Source: Octopus sinensis (taxonomy: Eukaryota). Taken from it: a stretch of DNA of 64,000 nucleotides. A program made the translations under genes and the position numbers. Below are positions 50,205 through 63,808 of this stretch, one piece after another (positions within the stretch are counted from its first letter, which is position 1; each line of letters begins with the position of its first letter). The stretch covers positions 151,466,001-151,530,000 of the forward strand of contig NC_042998.1 in NCBI RefSeq assembly GCF_006345805.1, in the 5' to 3' direction. Below the pieces are notes generated by a model. The model saw only the letters and a program-made list of their open reading frames with translations, had not been told where the DNA came from and ran no database searches.

Positions 50205-50603
50205 ATAAAAATCATGTTAAGGATTTTTATCAGGTAGTCAGCATGCTATAACAATTTATAAGCAATTTATACATTAAATTAATAATAATATACATATGTA
50301 TATAATTATATTAAGGGACCAAGGGCAAAAACGACCTATCTCCAGCATGCTTGAAGTGCCGAGACCTTCAAAAAATATCCCAAAACACCAGATAAATATA
50401 TATATGGCTGAAAGCGGGCTAGTGAAAGAATATTAAAAAGACCTCACGTTAATTGTGAATTGGTTCCAATTTCTGGATTAAAGCCATAAACAGGCTTTCT
50501 TCCTTGTTCAACACAATACACAGGAAATATATATCTAAATTATTGTACATATGTGTATATACATACATACATACATACATACATACATACATACATACAT
50601 ACA

Positions 50604-50685
<82 letters not shown>

Positions 50686-51224
50686 TATACATATATATAT
50701 ATACACACACACATACTCACTCACTCACACACACACACACATTTAATTCACAGATGAGATCCAGATATTCGTATAGCAGGTATTTAGTAGTGATCAAAAG
50801 ATTGAAACTTACACTCCGATGTCTTTAGAGGGGATTATTCCATAAAGTAAAGAAAGGTTATAAGAGGGATCAAGGGATACATGTAAAACGAGAGAAAGCA
50901 AGAGGTGGGGACTTTCAGACGATTAATTTTTATGTATAAATATATAGATATGTATATTAATAGGGCCCACTTACACAGAGTAGAAATGAGAGAAAAAATT
51001 AAAGGCGTAGAAGAAAGCTATTATAAGTCCAACAGCTGTTTCCAAGGTCTCGGCGATCCCTAGTAATGTTGGTAGATTTAGCTCATCACAATATGTGGCC
51101 GTATGGATGCATTTGACGGAGGATGAGTTGAGCCTCCGTCATCAGAGCAGAGAAGGTCTTACACTTAAGTTCATAATGCAAAGAAGCTTGCTTTCATATA
51201 TATATATAAGTTTGCTTTTATATA

Positions 51225-53030
51225 TACCCTGAAAGACCACAGAGCTAATTTCAATAGAAACCCTAAATGTAGACTAATTAGTCCAGCTAAGATAGACATT
51301 ATTAGCAAATATATTTTAGATCGTATTTTAAGAAAGTTAAATAGTGAATTAAATTTACGGATTTGGAAAAAAAAGCAAGTCAGTGATAGATTGGTTCAAA
51401 GGAATTAGTCATAAGCATAACTGCATATATAAGCAGTTCGATACTGTCGATTTTTACTCGTCAATATCTAGGCCTTTACTTATAAATGCATTAGACTTCG
51501 CTAAGCAGTAAGTCATCATCGATAGCTCGGAAATAGATGTTATCCTGCATGCAAAGAAATCCCTCTTTCTATACGATGATTCTACCTGGGTCTAAGAGAG
51601 TGAGGATTCTCTGTTCGATGTACCGATGGGGGCATATGATGAGGTGGAGCTGTGTACTTATAGAAACTTATATTTTGCATAACTGCATCTAGAATTCCCT
51701 TTTATAGATCCACGATTATGCAGGGATGACAGTCTTATAGTCATCTATAATTTAAATGGCCATGAGTTGAATAAACTTAGGAAGAATCTGATTACTTTCT
51801 TCCAAAGAATGGACTTACGGATTACGATAGAAAGTAACCTTAATAATGTAGATATTTTAGATATCAACTTAGATTTGCAATTAGTTAAGTTAAAATCCTA
51901 TCGCAAGCCCAATCAAAAGCTGTTATATTAGCAACGAATCAAATCATCTACCCGTAATTCTTAAGAACTTAATTAGTAATATAGGAAGGCGCATATTAAT
52001 AATATCTTCAAATGAGGCAGCATTTCAAAATGCCGCACCGTATTATAATAATGCATTAAGGGAAAGTAGATTCTCGGAGAAGATCCGGTATAGTCAAGCT
52101 AATTCTGAAAATATTAGACCACGTAAAACTAGAACTAGGAAAGTTTTGTGGATTAATCCTGTATTTAATATGGCCGTAAAAACTAAACATTTTCAATCTA
52201 GCCATAAGTTCTATAGATTTTTGAATAGGATAACACTGAAGGTTAGCTATTCTTGTTGCAAAAGCTTCGTCTCTTATTAATCAGCGTAACACAAAAAGTA
52301 TTACAAACAGCCACAGTGCCGAATCTAATCTGAGAAACTGCAACTTCAAAGATAAGACTTGCTGTCCGTTGGAACGTAAATGTATTGAAAAGTAATCGTT
52401 TATAGAGCCAAAGTGCAAGTAGATGGCTCACAAGAATATAAAACTTACACATGGGATTCGGAAAATTCATTCAAACTCGGTTTTATTCTCACTGAAATTC
52501 TTTTCGATACACCGAGAATAGGACAGCATGTCTGGGATTTGGAAGAGAATGACACCTGTCCTTTCAATATTACCTGGGAAATTTTAGAAAAAGCATCATC
52601 ATACAGACATAGAGTTTATAAAAGACCCATGAAGTGCTATCTTTGCCTCTCAGAAAAGTTCTTCATCCTGTTCCAGGATAAACATGCTTTGAACCAGAGG
52701 CGCGAGCTTTTAAATTCCTGCAGGCTCGACGTGAAGTTTAAAATGTCAATCGATTAAATACCGTATGGGTAAATTGTTTTGACTTTCATCTCATTTGAAT
52801 TTGACTTTACACCTTATGTATTACAATGCTAGTATATATTTCGACTTTACAGTTTATATTTACATCCGACTTTTAAGAAAGCCTTCGACTGTTTTTTTAC
52901 TTTATTTTTATTTGTATGGTTTATTCAGGCTTTTAATTATGTGATTTATTGTGCAATTTCTTCATTTTTACATTTTAATATTACATATATACCAGACAAT
53001 TTTTTAAAATGTCTGTTTACCTATATATAG
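51225..53030 (+). mobile_element. Decayed Nematis-like PLE (RT plus GIY-YIG), same group as 5890-7365
   Basis: TLKDHRANFNRNPKCRLISPAK, FDTVDFYSSI, DVPMGAYDEVELC, C.LCLSEKFFI..LNQRRELLNSCR. Confidence 0.82.
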
Positions 53031-53135
53031 TATGATATATACTTATCTTGATGTGAAGATATGTTTATATATATATATATATGTGTGTGTATGTATTGTA
53101 GGTATGTGTATATGCATGTAATGTATGTATGTATG

Positions 53136-53228
<93 letters not shown>

Positions 53229-53233
<5 letters not shown>

Positions 53234-56140
53234 TAGATAAACTTAGATGTGTTTCGACCAATGATTGATCCAGGCCATGTCTAACTTAATAGCACCACCT
53301 GATAGAATTATTTGAATCCTGTTTAAGTCAAGTTTTGCTTATGGTCCATTCAAGTAGTGAGTTTTTTTGGGGTCAGTTGTATCCAATTATGGGTGGCTTA
53401 TCTGGTATTCTTTGAAGGAATCTATCCAGACTCCGTTTAAAGTTGATGGGATCCAGTTCCTCTTTGATCTCTTTCGGGACAATGTTAAATAGGGCAGGGC
53501 CTGTTGAGGAAAAGAAAGTATGTTGTAGTGTATATGTATGCTGTAATCTTGAATTGGGCAGGGGACGTATGACCCGTGGTCCCAGTCTTGGATGAACCTT
53601 GAAGCTTATGTTCAGGTCGTTTGGGCAAAGTTGGCGGTATATTCTCCACATCGTACAAATGATGTACCGCTCACGGCGACGCTGGAGAGAGTAGAGTTTC
53701 AAGGCTTTAAGGCGATCCCAATAATCGAGAGCAGCCATGCCTTCAATTCGTTTAGTGAGTGCTCTCTGGGGTGATTCAATCCTCGAGATGTTTTGTCTTG
53801 TATGGGGAGACCACAGTGGGCAGCAGTATTCGAGGTGTGCCCGTACAAAGGAGGAGAAGAGTGGTATGATGACACCTTGTTCTCTGGACCGGAAAGTTCT
53901 TAAGATCCAGAACTCATCCTACGAGCTATATCGACCTTCTTGTTGATGTGTGCACTCCAACTGAGATCGTCATCAACAATTACACCTAGGTCTCTGATGT
54001 TGTTAGAGGCTGTGAGCGGTTTCCCTGAAGGAAGAGAGTATGGCTGTTTTAGTGAGGAGTTTCTTCCAAAATGCATCAGCTCAAATTTTCCCTCGTTCAG
54101 TTGCATTTTGTTTCTGTCTGCCCATTGACTCACAGCATATAGATCAGACTGGAGTTGAGTTCGGTCTGCTTCTTCATTGACGATTTGCTGGAGCTTGGTG
54201 TCATCAGCAAATATTTTCACTTTGCAGTAATGTACGACAATGGAAAGGTCGTTTATGTAGATTATGAAGAGTAGTGGACCCAAGACAGCCCCCTGGGGGA
54301 CACCGCTGGTGACTTTTGCTGGGCTTGAGTGGACTCCATCAACTACAACATGTTGTGTTCTATTCGCCAGGAAATACTTGATCCAGTGTAGAACTTTTCC
54401 ACGGATTCCAACATTTGCCAATTTTGAGAGTAGGATATTATGGTCTACCCTGTCGAACGCTTTACTGAAGTCAAGATATATGACATCAGAGTTCGAACCT
54501 GTTCCCAAGGCTTTATAGTACATCTTCAATGTGGTGTAAGAGCTGTGTTAGACGGTCCCTGCCACAGCGAAAGCCATGCTGATTTGCATTTAGGAGTTTC
54601 TGGGTCTCCAGGAAGTCAGCCATCCTTGATCTTAACACTCTTTCAAACACTTTGATGATGTGGGAGGTGAGTGAGATTGGGCGATAGTTGAGTGCGAGGG
54701 ATCTGTTTCCCTGTTTGAAAACCGAGATGACTGACTGAGATAGAAACTGTTTTGGTATATAACCTGCATCTAACGAATTTCTCCAGAGGTTGGTCAGAGG
54801 GACTGCAAGTTGGTGTCTACATTTCTTCAGGAGACTAGCGGGGAATCTATCAGGGCCTACAGCAGAGTAGTATTTGACCTCATTTATTGCTGCTATGATG
54901 TCAGTGGCAGTGAAGGTTATGTCCGAGATTTTATGTTGAGAGTCAACTTCGTTCGCTTCTCTAACGTCAATATCAGTGGGAACACTAAAGACAGCAGTAT
55001 TGTTTCTGCAGTATTTCTGCCATTTCTTTAGCATCGTGTTGGGGAATGCCGTTAGCGTCAATCAATGGCCCAATGGGTGAGACAGTGGTTCTATGCTTAT
55101 TTGCATAGGAATAGAACACTTTTGGGTTCTGTTTGATGTTTTTGATTACCCACTGTTCCTCCGCAGCTCTTTGATTTTCAATGGAGGTTTTCATGTCGTT
55201 CTGCAGATGAAGTTTTTCCAGCTCTAGCCTTTTCATTGTTGTTGAACGTGGATGTTGTTTGTGGGAATATTTTAATTGGTTGATTTTTTTGTTAAGTCTT
55301 TTGATGCGCCTGATGAGTGTTTTCTTCTTTTTAGGGAGCCGATTTCTGTTTGTGTTAGTAGATTTCGTGGGAGCGTGTTTAGAGCATGTATATGTGACAA
55401 TGTTTTCAAAGTGCTGCCATGCGGTCTCAATATGGGTGGAATTGAGAGTAAAAGACCAGTCGATGAAAGACAGATCCTTTCTGATTGCTCCCCAGTCCGC
55501 TTTGTGGAAGTTTATGTTATCAAATGAGTGCCATGGAGTGGGATTGGCTGGTTTGGTTTTTATATGTCGGGAATTGAAATTGCAGAGTACCATGTCGTGA
55601 TCTGAGAGGAGAGTTTTTTCAACTGAAATAATGTGAACGAAGCTAGAGTGATTGGTCAATACCAGATCCAAGATCGTTTTATTCTAACTCGTTGGTTCGA
55701 GCACTAGCTGAGTCAGGAAGTATTCATCCATTAGATTAAAGAGCAGTTCCGCTGCTGCTCTATCTGATGTAGAGCACTTGCCTAACTTCAGACGATTTGT
55801 GGGCCAATTCACATGAGGGAGGTTAAAATCACCCATCACTAGTATGTTTCCGGAGTGGTACTTCCGAAGGAAGGACTTGACTTTGCTAAGGCACTCTTCA
55901 AAGCACTTTAAAGGTGCTTGGGGAGGCCTGTAAAGACCAACAATGACTATGTCCTTGGCCTTGCTGAATAGTGATACAGATTCACAATAGCCATTGGAAA
56001 ATATGTCCTTGGCATCAAGTGAGAAGGAGTCATGGATAAAGATGGCTGTCCCTCCCTTATTTCGGTTTGTACGATCTGCACGATCCGCACCATATATATA
56101 TGGGTAAACTGATCGGTACATAGGTAATCGTTATTATTTC
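53229..56140 (-). mobile_element. CR1-group LINE ORF2 (APE endonuclease plus RT), ~2.9 kb, frameshifted, with 3' tail
   Basis: GGTAIFI, GLYRPP, MGDFNLP, DLVLTN, YRPISLTSHIIKVFER, QHGFR, YLDFSKAFDRVDH, SGVPQGAVLGPLLF, FADDTK, LYSLQRRRERY; tail (TCTAAGTTTA)x2. Confidence 0.95.
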
Positions 56141-57134
56141 GTATATTTTCATTTGTCTTGCTTTTTTTACACTTTGGTTTTTATTTGAGAACAGATTCTT
56201 TGTGGAAAATGGCGATTTTGATGTCTATATCTAGCATATTGACTGTCCACTTTTAGTGGTCAGTCCTTTAAATTTTGTATGTAAAAATATTTTAATCTTC
56301 AGATTTCTTTAATATGCTAGGCCACTGGTTTTAATTGATTAATATCAATTTCTAACTTTTTTCAATTTTAAATATATATATATGGGTATGTATTTGCGAA
56401 TATGTTGCCTTATGTTAGCATTTTGCAAGCTGAGCGAAGTATCTAACTTTCGTTAGAAACTTATAGGAACGCCAATCATTTCCTCTCTCTACCTCTGTTT
56501 ATTTTCCCCTTTTCTCTCTAATTTTCTGTTTCTTTTTTTTCATTTCTTTTCTTCTTTTCCCTTTTTTCTTTCTCCCAACACTTGTTAATCTCTGATATTT
56601 TTCCTTTTCTTTCTTTCCTTCACCTTTAACAACTAAATTGTATAGGCATAGACCAGGAGGTTTATGCACGAGCGTGTGTGTGCGTGCATAAATGTATATG
56701 CATTTGTATATATTTATGTTTTGCCCATATATGTATGTACATGTATGTAACTATGCACCAACGACTGTATGTTTTGTTTATATACGTATATTATCGGCTG
56801 ATTGGCATGCATAAGTATTGCTAAATGTATTTGTATTTTAGCGTGAAAGATTTTTAAACGGATATATCTTTTAACTTATTATTAATTTTACCACTAATTA
56901 TTTACGCTGGGTATTCAGGCCTTTTCCCTTCTACATAAGTTATTTTTGATATTAGTTTTTTTTTCGATTTTTATAATAATTTGATTTTAAACCGCAGTTG
57001 TAATTTCATGCAACCCGTTATTGAAAAGGTCGTTAGATGAAACGACCGTTGGTTGAAACAAAACCATTTTCATATGTGTATTTATCAAAGTAATTGTATT
57101 TTGGAAAATAACTTTATCTTGCTCCATTCTAAAC

Positions 57135-57180
57135 AAAACTGTCCGACGAACGGGAACGTGAAACTCTGAGTAACAGTTTT
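57135..57180 (+). ncRNA. Compact type I HHR, U4C core
   Basis: 8-bp stem I AAAACTGT/ACAGTTTT; core CCGACGA; stem II ACG-GGAA-CGT (GNRA loop); GAAAC-TCTGA-GTA. Confidence 0.68.
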
Positions 57181-57345
57181 TGTGATATTTTTGCTGCTTT
57201 TTAATAAAGCATATTAATCTACCTCTGGTATTCGAGTACTTTTTTTTCCACTCTGTTTCGCATTTATGTGCCTTACTCTGGTATATATATATATACAAAC
57301 ATACACTAGCTCAGCGTGATATATATATATATATATATATATTAA

Positions 57346-57578
57346 TATTTCTTTATTGCCCACATGGGGCTAAACATAGAGGGGACAAACAAGGACAGAC
57401 AAAGGGACTAAGTCGATTACATCGACACCCAGTGCGAAACTGGTACTTTATTTATCGAGCCCGAAAGGATGAAAGACAAAGTCGGCCTCGGTGGAATTTG
57501 AACTCAGAACGTAACGACAGACGAAATACCGCTAAGCATTTCGCCCGGCGAGCTAACGTGTCTGCCAGCTCGCCGCCA
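57346..57578 (-). mobile_element. SINE family A, full-length
   Basis: Reverse complement aligns closely with 36321-36552. Confidence 0.9.
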
Positions 57579-57626
57579 TACACACACACACATACACACA
57601 CACAGAAGGTTTGTCAGAATATAATC

Positions 57627-57835
57627 TTTTCTACTCTAGGAACAAGGCGCGAAATTTTTGTGGAGGCGGGGCAGTCCATTAGATCGACCCCAGTACGCAA
57701 CTGGTACTTAATTTATCGACCACCCAAAAGGATAAAAGAGTTGACCACGGCGAAATTTGATCTCAGAACATAAAGACAGACGAAATCCCATTAAACATTT
57801 CGCCCCGCGTGCTAACGATTCTGCCAGATGGCCAC
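57627..57835 (-). mobile_element. SINE family A, older variant
   Basis: CGTGCTAACGATTCTGCCAG head on the + strand; TTATCGAC..AAAGGAT core. Confidence 0.75.
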
Positions 57836-58003
57836 TTTGTTTGTCAGAATATAATGAAAGAGTTTTGAGTGGAAGTGAACAACAAATAGAAACAACTGAG
57901 CAAAGAATAACAGGAAATGCAAATGCAAAATTAAGAGGAGGCTTTAAGAGAAAGCATTAAAATTATTGCAAGGCGGCAGGAGTAGAAACATTTTGACGGT
58001 ACT

Positions 58004-58133
<130 letters not shown>

Positions 58134-59888
58134 ATGTATGCATGTATGTATGTATGTATGCATGTATGTATGTATGTGTGTGTGTTGGTATATGTATACA
58201 CAAATATACACATATGCATATGTGCGTGAGTTGAAGACTATGAATGCGCATGTGAATATATGCCTATGCGTTTGAATATGTTAAATTATGAGAAAATAGA
58301 CTTAAGATGTTCCTAAGTGTACACAGATGGAATTTGTGTGTGTGTGTGTGTGTGTGTGTGTATGAGATTGAGAGAGAGAGAGCGAAACTTCGCTTATTTG
58401 TGTGTAAGTCCATGTTTCTGTATAAGTGTATCTGTGTGCATATGCGGCTTAGGCCTAGTCTTGTGTGTGTCTATGAATATATGTGTTTGTAGTTGGAGGG
58501 AGTGAATGTGTGTACGTGTGTATATGTACTTCCTCCGACTTGCTTCACCAAATCACGTTGTAAAAATGGCAATGTAAAAGTAGAAATTTGCCGTCAATTG
58601 GAAATTCGAAGTGACTTGCGGATTACGAACAAAGGGTTTAGTCATTGGTATCAAATTCATCAGTTATATAAAACATTAATTTCCAGTCTACACAGATGAC
58701 CTCTTAACTACGCAAGTGACCGGATATTTACAGAACTAGTCATCGCGCTACACAACAGGTCATCTAAATAGCTACATCAATAGTTTCACCACCACAAAAC
58801 TAGAATATACGTCACCAACATTATGAACAGAGGGAGAGCAATGATAGCGCCCTCACTGAGTTTATTTCTCTAGGTTGCACAAGAGCCTGCAAACATGCAG
58901 AAATAAACAGGACAATGGAGAGGTGGTAACATGTCCAGAATAACATTCTCCATACAATTTTTCCCTGCATCTTAGAGTGTTCAGCATTCAGGCTGAGACA
59001 CAAACACACCAGCAATATTTGTGGGTTGTCTCAGCTGTTTACCTGAGGGTCAACAGACTGCTTTATCAGAGCTGAGTTAGAGTTACACATCAGCAACAAA
59101 TGATCTCCACCACACCACCACCACATCTGCCCATGTAAGTTATATACACAGCTGGTTACCTATTTCGAGAACGACCTCTACGTTATATGAAGTCATTCGA
59201 GGTTACTGCTATTGTTTAGCTACAGGTCAGTCACGATCAAAGAGATTTTGATTAAAGCAATACAACTGTAGTCATCCTACTTTTCCTCCAGGATGATATT
59301 ACTCAAAGTGTTCTTTTCTGAGACAGTAGGATATGATTTGAGTGAGCTTTGTTTATTAATTTTACAATGTCGAGAAGCCACATAGACGTTCCCTCTTTGG
59401 CTCATGACACACGACGTTGATTGTAAGTGCATGAAATTTATTCGTAACTTACATCTCCTGCCTTCACCATCATTAGTTTATTATCATTACCATAATGATG
59501 GATCCTTGCCGTGGTCTACAAATAGAGGGCCGGAATGTGCGACACGGTCTCGATATTTGTTGTGACTGATATTACTTACGGTCCTTAGGAAATTCATGAT
59601 CGTTACAACTCATCTTTTCGGATCAATAAAATTGTATCAGTTATAAACTGTTAATAATTCAACCAGCCATACTTAATTCCGAAAAACTGTGACCTACTTC
59701 AACGTTTAGTAATTTTCTCTTCGTCATTATTAATGTTGTGGAAGTATTTTTTGCCAAAAGACTTGTTCCAAAGCTATGCTTCTTTGACTTCTTATAATAT
59801 TTGTTTACTTGACGTAAGTTAAAGTTGTCAAGTGTTTGTTGTACTGTTGTTATTATATCAAGGAAGTGAGGTGGGTTTAATAGTATTC

Positions 59889-59920
<32 letters not shown>

Positions 59921-60340
59921 TGTTTCCCCCATTAAAGGGAGTTAATTGTTATTTGTTTCTACTCTCATAGTAGAAATACAGAAATACATTCCAACATGTT
60001 TCCAGTGATAACAGTGGTAGAGGGTGATGGAGAGCTCCCTTAATGGTCGCAGCTAGCTTTGTCCCCGAGAGGAAAAGAGAGTTAACTCGAATCATTGCGG
60101 CCATCTGTCCAAATAGCATCAATAATTCTAATAGTAACATTTGCAGCCAAAGTTACAAGAGGAATAACGACAATATTCACAGTAGAATCAATAATGGTGA
60201 CGCAGACTGCTAGAAATGACTGCAGCAATAATAAGACCGGCACGACCACAGTGGCGATAACAACATCAGTGAAACTAACAGCCAAAACAAAAATACATTT
60301 GCATAAAATGCATATTTATGGGCCTTCATAGGATAGCGAA

Positions 60341-60430
60341 ACAAAAAGCAAAGCACAAAATAAAAAGCAAAACACAAAACAAAAAGCAAATTACAAAACA
60401 AAAAGCAAAACACAAAACAAAAAGCAAACA
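60341..60430. repeat. ~20-bp A-rich minisatellite (ACAAAACAAAAAGCAAAAC), about 4-5 units
   Basis: Directly visible. Confidence 0.8.
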
Positions 60431-60959
60431 GTACAACTATTAATGTATTGGCGGGGGAGTAAGAATATTAGCTGCGAAAGTATTGTGTCGAGAATTAGGG
60501 AAAAAAGGCAATTACTTGGAGAAGAATCTCCCTCAAGACAAGTTGATCTGAAACCCCACTGTGAGTAGATTCCGTAGATATCATTAAAGATCAGAGGATA
60601 TATGAGAAGAAGGAGTGTGGTTTGAATAAGGGATATCATTCTTTCACTCCAAGAAAAAAAAATGAAGGAATATCATTACTAGAATACGTTGATCGTAAAC
60701 CAAGAAAAACGTTAAAGCTTCAGATAAAATAGCTTGTGATGTTTACTTACAATCCTGCTGGTTCCTATTTCAAACCCACTGAAGGAGACATTTCAAACGG
60801 AAAATATTTTGAGACTGGTAGGGAGCTTCTATACATTAAAGAGCTATTCAAATAATTGAACTTGTTTAATCGATTGTACCCACCCTACGAAAGTTATGGA
60901 GAGGGGACTATTTTTTAAATCATCGTTCCGATATTAATTAACTATCAAATACTAAGGAT

Positions 60960-62570
60960 AATTTAAACTATTGTGCCGCAACCCCACAAAAAAACTGTGG
61001 ACTTGTGCTCTGTACATTCTGTGCTCGTTTCACAACGGGTAAGATTTAATTTAATAAAATAAATAGTAGTCACACTTTGACGGCGATTAAATCATCTCTT
61101 ATTTTATGACCTGATCTCACGATTAAACATCAGTAAGAGTTGCCGCTGGAAAGCCGGTAAGAAAAAACGAAATGCCCTTTGGAATACCAACAGTGTGACG
61201 AGAGCCGAGTAAACACGCTGACGATTGTTATTACTGCGTTAGTAAAGTTGATGGGTACAGCGCAAAAAATAAACATAATATAGTATGCCATCGGTTATAC
61301 GGCCTATTGCACATGGGGTTGACATTGCAGTTCCTCTCCCAGCACTTGCTTTGAAGAATGTTGCATCAGATAATGATGATGATGGCAAATGTGAAGAAGG
61401 GGATGACTACACTCCTGACAAAATCTTAAGTCTGCAGTTATTTACACAGAAAGAGCTCAATGATTTGGTGAGAGATTTGAACCTACAGCGGAACTTCTTG
61501 GTTCTAGGCTGAAAATGAAAAAAGATTTTGTTACCGGGAACCTTCTTCTCTAGCTATCGTAACAGGGAACACAAGTTGTTACCATTCTTTGCTGCAGATG
61601 AATCAGTGGTATTTTGCTATAATATTCCAAACCCGCTAAACTATATTGAGATTGAGAGCAATCCCTCTGAACGGAGCCTGTTCATTGATTCCTCCAAAGT
61701 TTGAAGGTTGTTTTGCTACACAATGAAAATAAGTATTCATCCATCGCAGTGACACATTCTGTACAACTAAAGGTGACTAATGAAACTCTAAAAAACTTTT
61801 GTTAAATGTAAAGTATGTAGAATACCACTCGCAAGTGTGTGGAGATTTCAAAATTATAAGCATGCTTTTAGGCCAACAGGCAGGCAGCCTACACTAAAAG
61901 GCTATGTTTTTATGTGATTTGAACAGCAGAGCTAACGAAAAGCATTGGATGGTGAAGAACTGGCCACAAAGGAGAAGTTTGTTACCTGGATCCAAAAACA
62001 TTCTGCACAAGCCCTTGATAGAACCTACAAAACTACTGCTACCACCGTTGCACATCAAACTGAGTTTGATGAAACAGTTCGTTAAATCTTTGCCTGCAAA
62101 TGGACTATGTTTGCAGTATCTCTCAGAAACAATTCCCAATTATAACCAGTGAGAAAATTAAAGCAGGAGTCCAGATTGTGAGAAATCCTTGAATGAATCT
62201 CAAAAACGGATGAATGAGTTGCAAGTGTGTTGTCGAGAACTTTTGGGGAAACAATAAGTGTTCAAATTACAAAGTCGTAGTTGATACCATGTTGCAAAAA
62301 TTCAAAATGTATGGGTGCAACATGAATGTTAAAATGCACTTACTTCTCTCACACCTTAACTATTTCCCAGAGTACCTTGGCAACCTGAGTGAAGAGCATG
62401 GTGAGTAATTTCACCAGGACACTAAAGAAATGGAGTGGAGATACCAGTGAATGGGGTGGAATGTAAACATGATGGCAGATTACTGCTGGACCCTAAAGAG
62501 AGACTGCAAGCAACTACAAAAGCTGGAAGGAAATCAAGATAAAGGAAGTTTGAAAAAATATAAAATTACT
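60960..62570 (+). mobile_element. Chapaev3 (CMC-type) DNA transposon, decayed transposase
   Basis: PFGIPTV*REPSKHADDCYYC; FTQKELNDLVRDL; FIDSS; LPPLHIKLSLMKQFVKSL; NMNVKMHLLLSHLNYFPEYLGNLSEEHGE; MADYCWTLKRD. These motifs match my recollection of Chapaev3 transposases. Confidence 0.75.
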
Positions 62571-62937
62571 TTAAAGCTATGGTAAGTGCATTAAAAGAAA
62601 TATTCTTAGTCAATATGTAGGCCTACATACTATTCATATCTTTTTTATTATTGCCCTAGTCATTTGTTCTTAATTTCATGATATTTTTATCTAAAAGTCT
62701 GCCACAAAAGGGAATGAATGACAAGAAAAATCATCATATCTTTGGCAACCATTTGTGCAAAATTTGTACATAATAGGCAAAAGCTAAAAACATATTTGAA
62801 ACAAGCATTAAATATGATTCAGAGTCACCTACTAGTTGACAATCATCATTTACTTCATTTAAAAATGCAGACTTGTATAATCTACGTGGAGCTCTAAATC
62901 ATACGATTGTAGCCGTACAACTAACTGTACATACAAG

Positions 62938-62977
<40 letters not shown>

Positions 62978-63143
62978 ATTGATAATACCACTGACAGTAG
63001 TGATATATACTGATATCGCCACACGTTATAGCGATATGTACTGTTATTGCCAAAATTCTTAGTAATATCATACTGGAAATATCGCATGAGACTGTTGAAG
63101 AGATAATTCATATCTAGGATTCATATCCACATACGCGTGCGAG

Positions 63144-63182
<39 letters not shown>

Positions 63183-63332
63183 TTACATACATACACACAT
63201 ATATATGGTGTTTATGTGATATATGTATATATACATAGGCAAACATAGATACATGCATACATACATACTTACATACATATATACACACATACATATACAT
63301 ATATGCATATACATACATACATACATACTTAC

Positions 63333-63425
<93 letters not shown>

Positions 63426-63744
63426 CGTAACACGCACTGAAATAGTTATACAAACACAGATACTCCTGAATGGATATATCTATTCTTATATCCTGTTATA
63501 ATTGTGGGTTTTGTGCAAGTGTGTTTCTACTTCAAGATATATCTCTATTTATGAGTGAGAATATGTACGTTGTGTGTGTGTGTGTATACGTTATGAATGT
63601 GCATATGTGTGCATATGTATCTTAAAAACTGGTGTCACAGTCTATTTCACAGAGCGGAAGTAAAAGATAACACTGTCTGATATCAATATATTTAGCAGAA
63701 ACCAAACTCCATTCCGATATACCCAGCCTTGATGTTCACCTACA

Positions 63745-63808
<64 letters not shown>

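Noticed and set aside
51028-51092. Minus-strand HHR-like GTGATGA...GAAAC-AGCT-GTT
   Set aside because: C3 is mutated without compensation and stem I/II pairing is lost; not counted as a ribozyme.
56140-56480. Very old PLE endonuclease remnant on the minus strand
   Set aside because: Similarity is too weak by eye to list as a supported feature.
57021-57060. HHR-like TTGAAAA plus a perfect 7-bp stem (GGTCGTT/AACGACC)
   Set aside because: The GAAA that must follow stem II directly is absent.
59949-60331. Hydrophobic or Thr/Asn-rich ORFs resembling a membrane protein
   Set aside because: The sequence looks like a decayed AAT/ACA-type trinucleotide repeat with stops in all frames across the region; no family motif.
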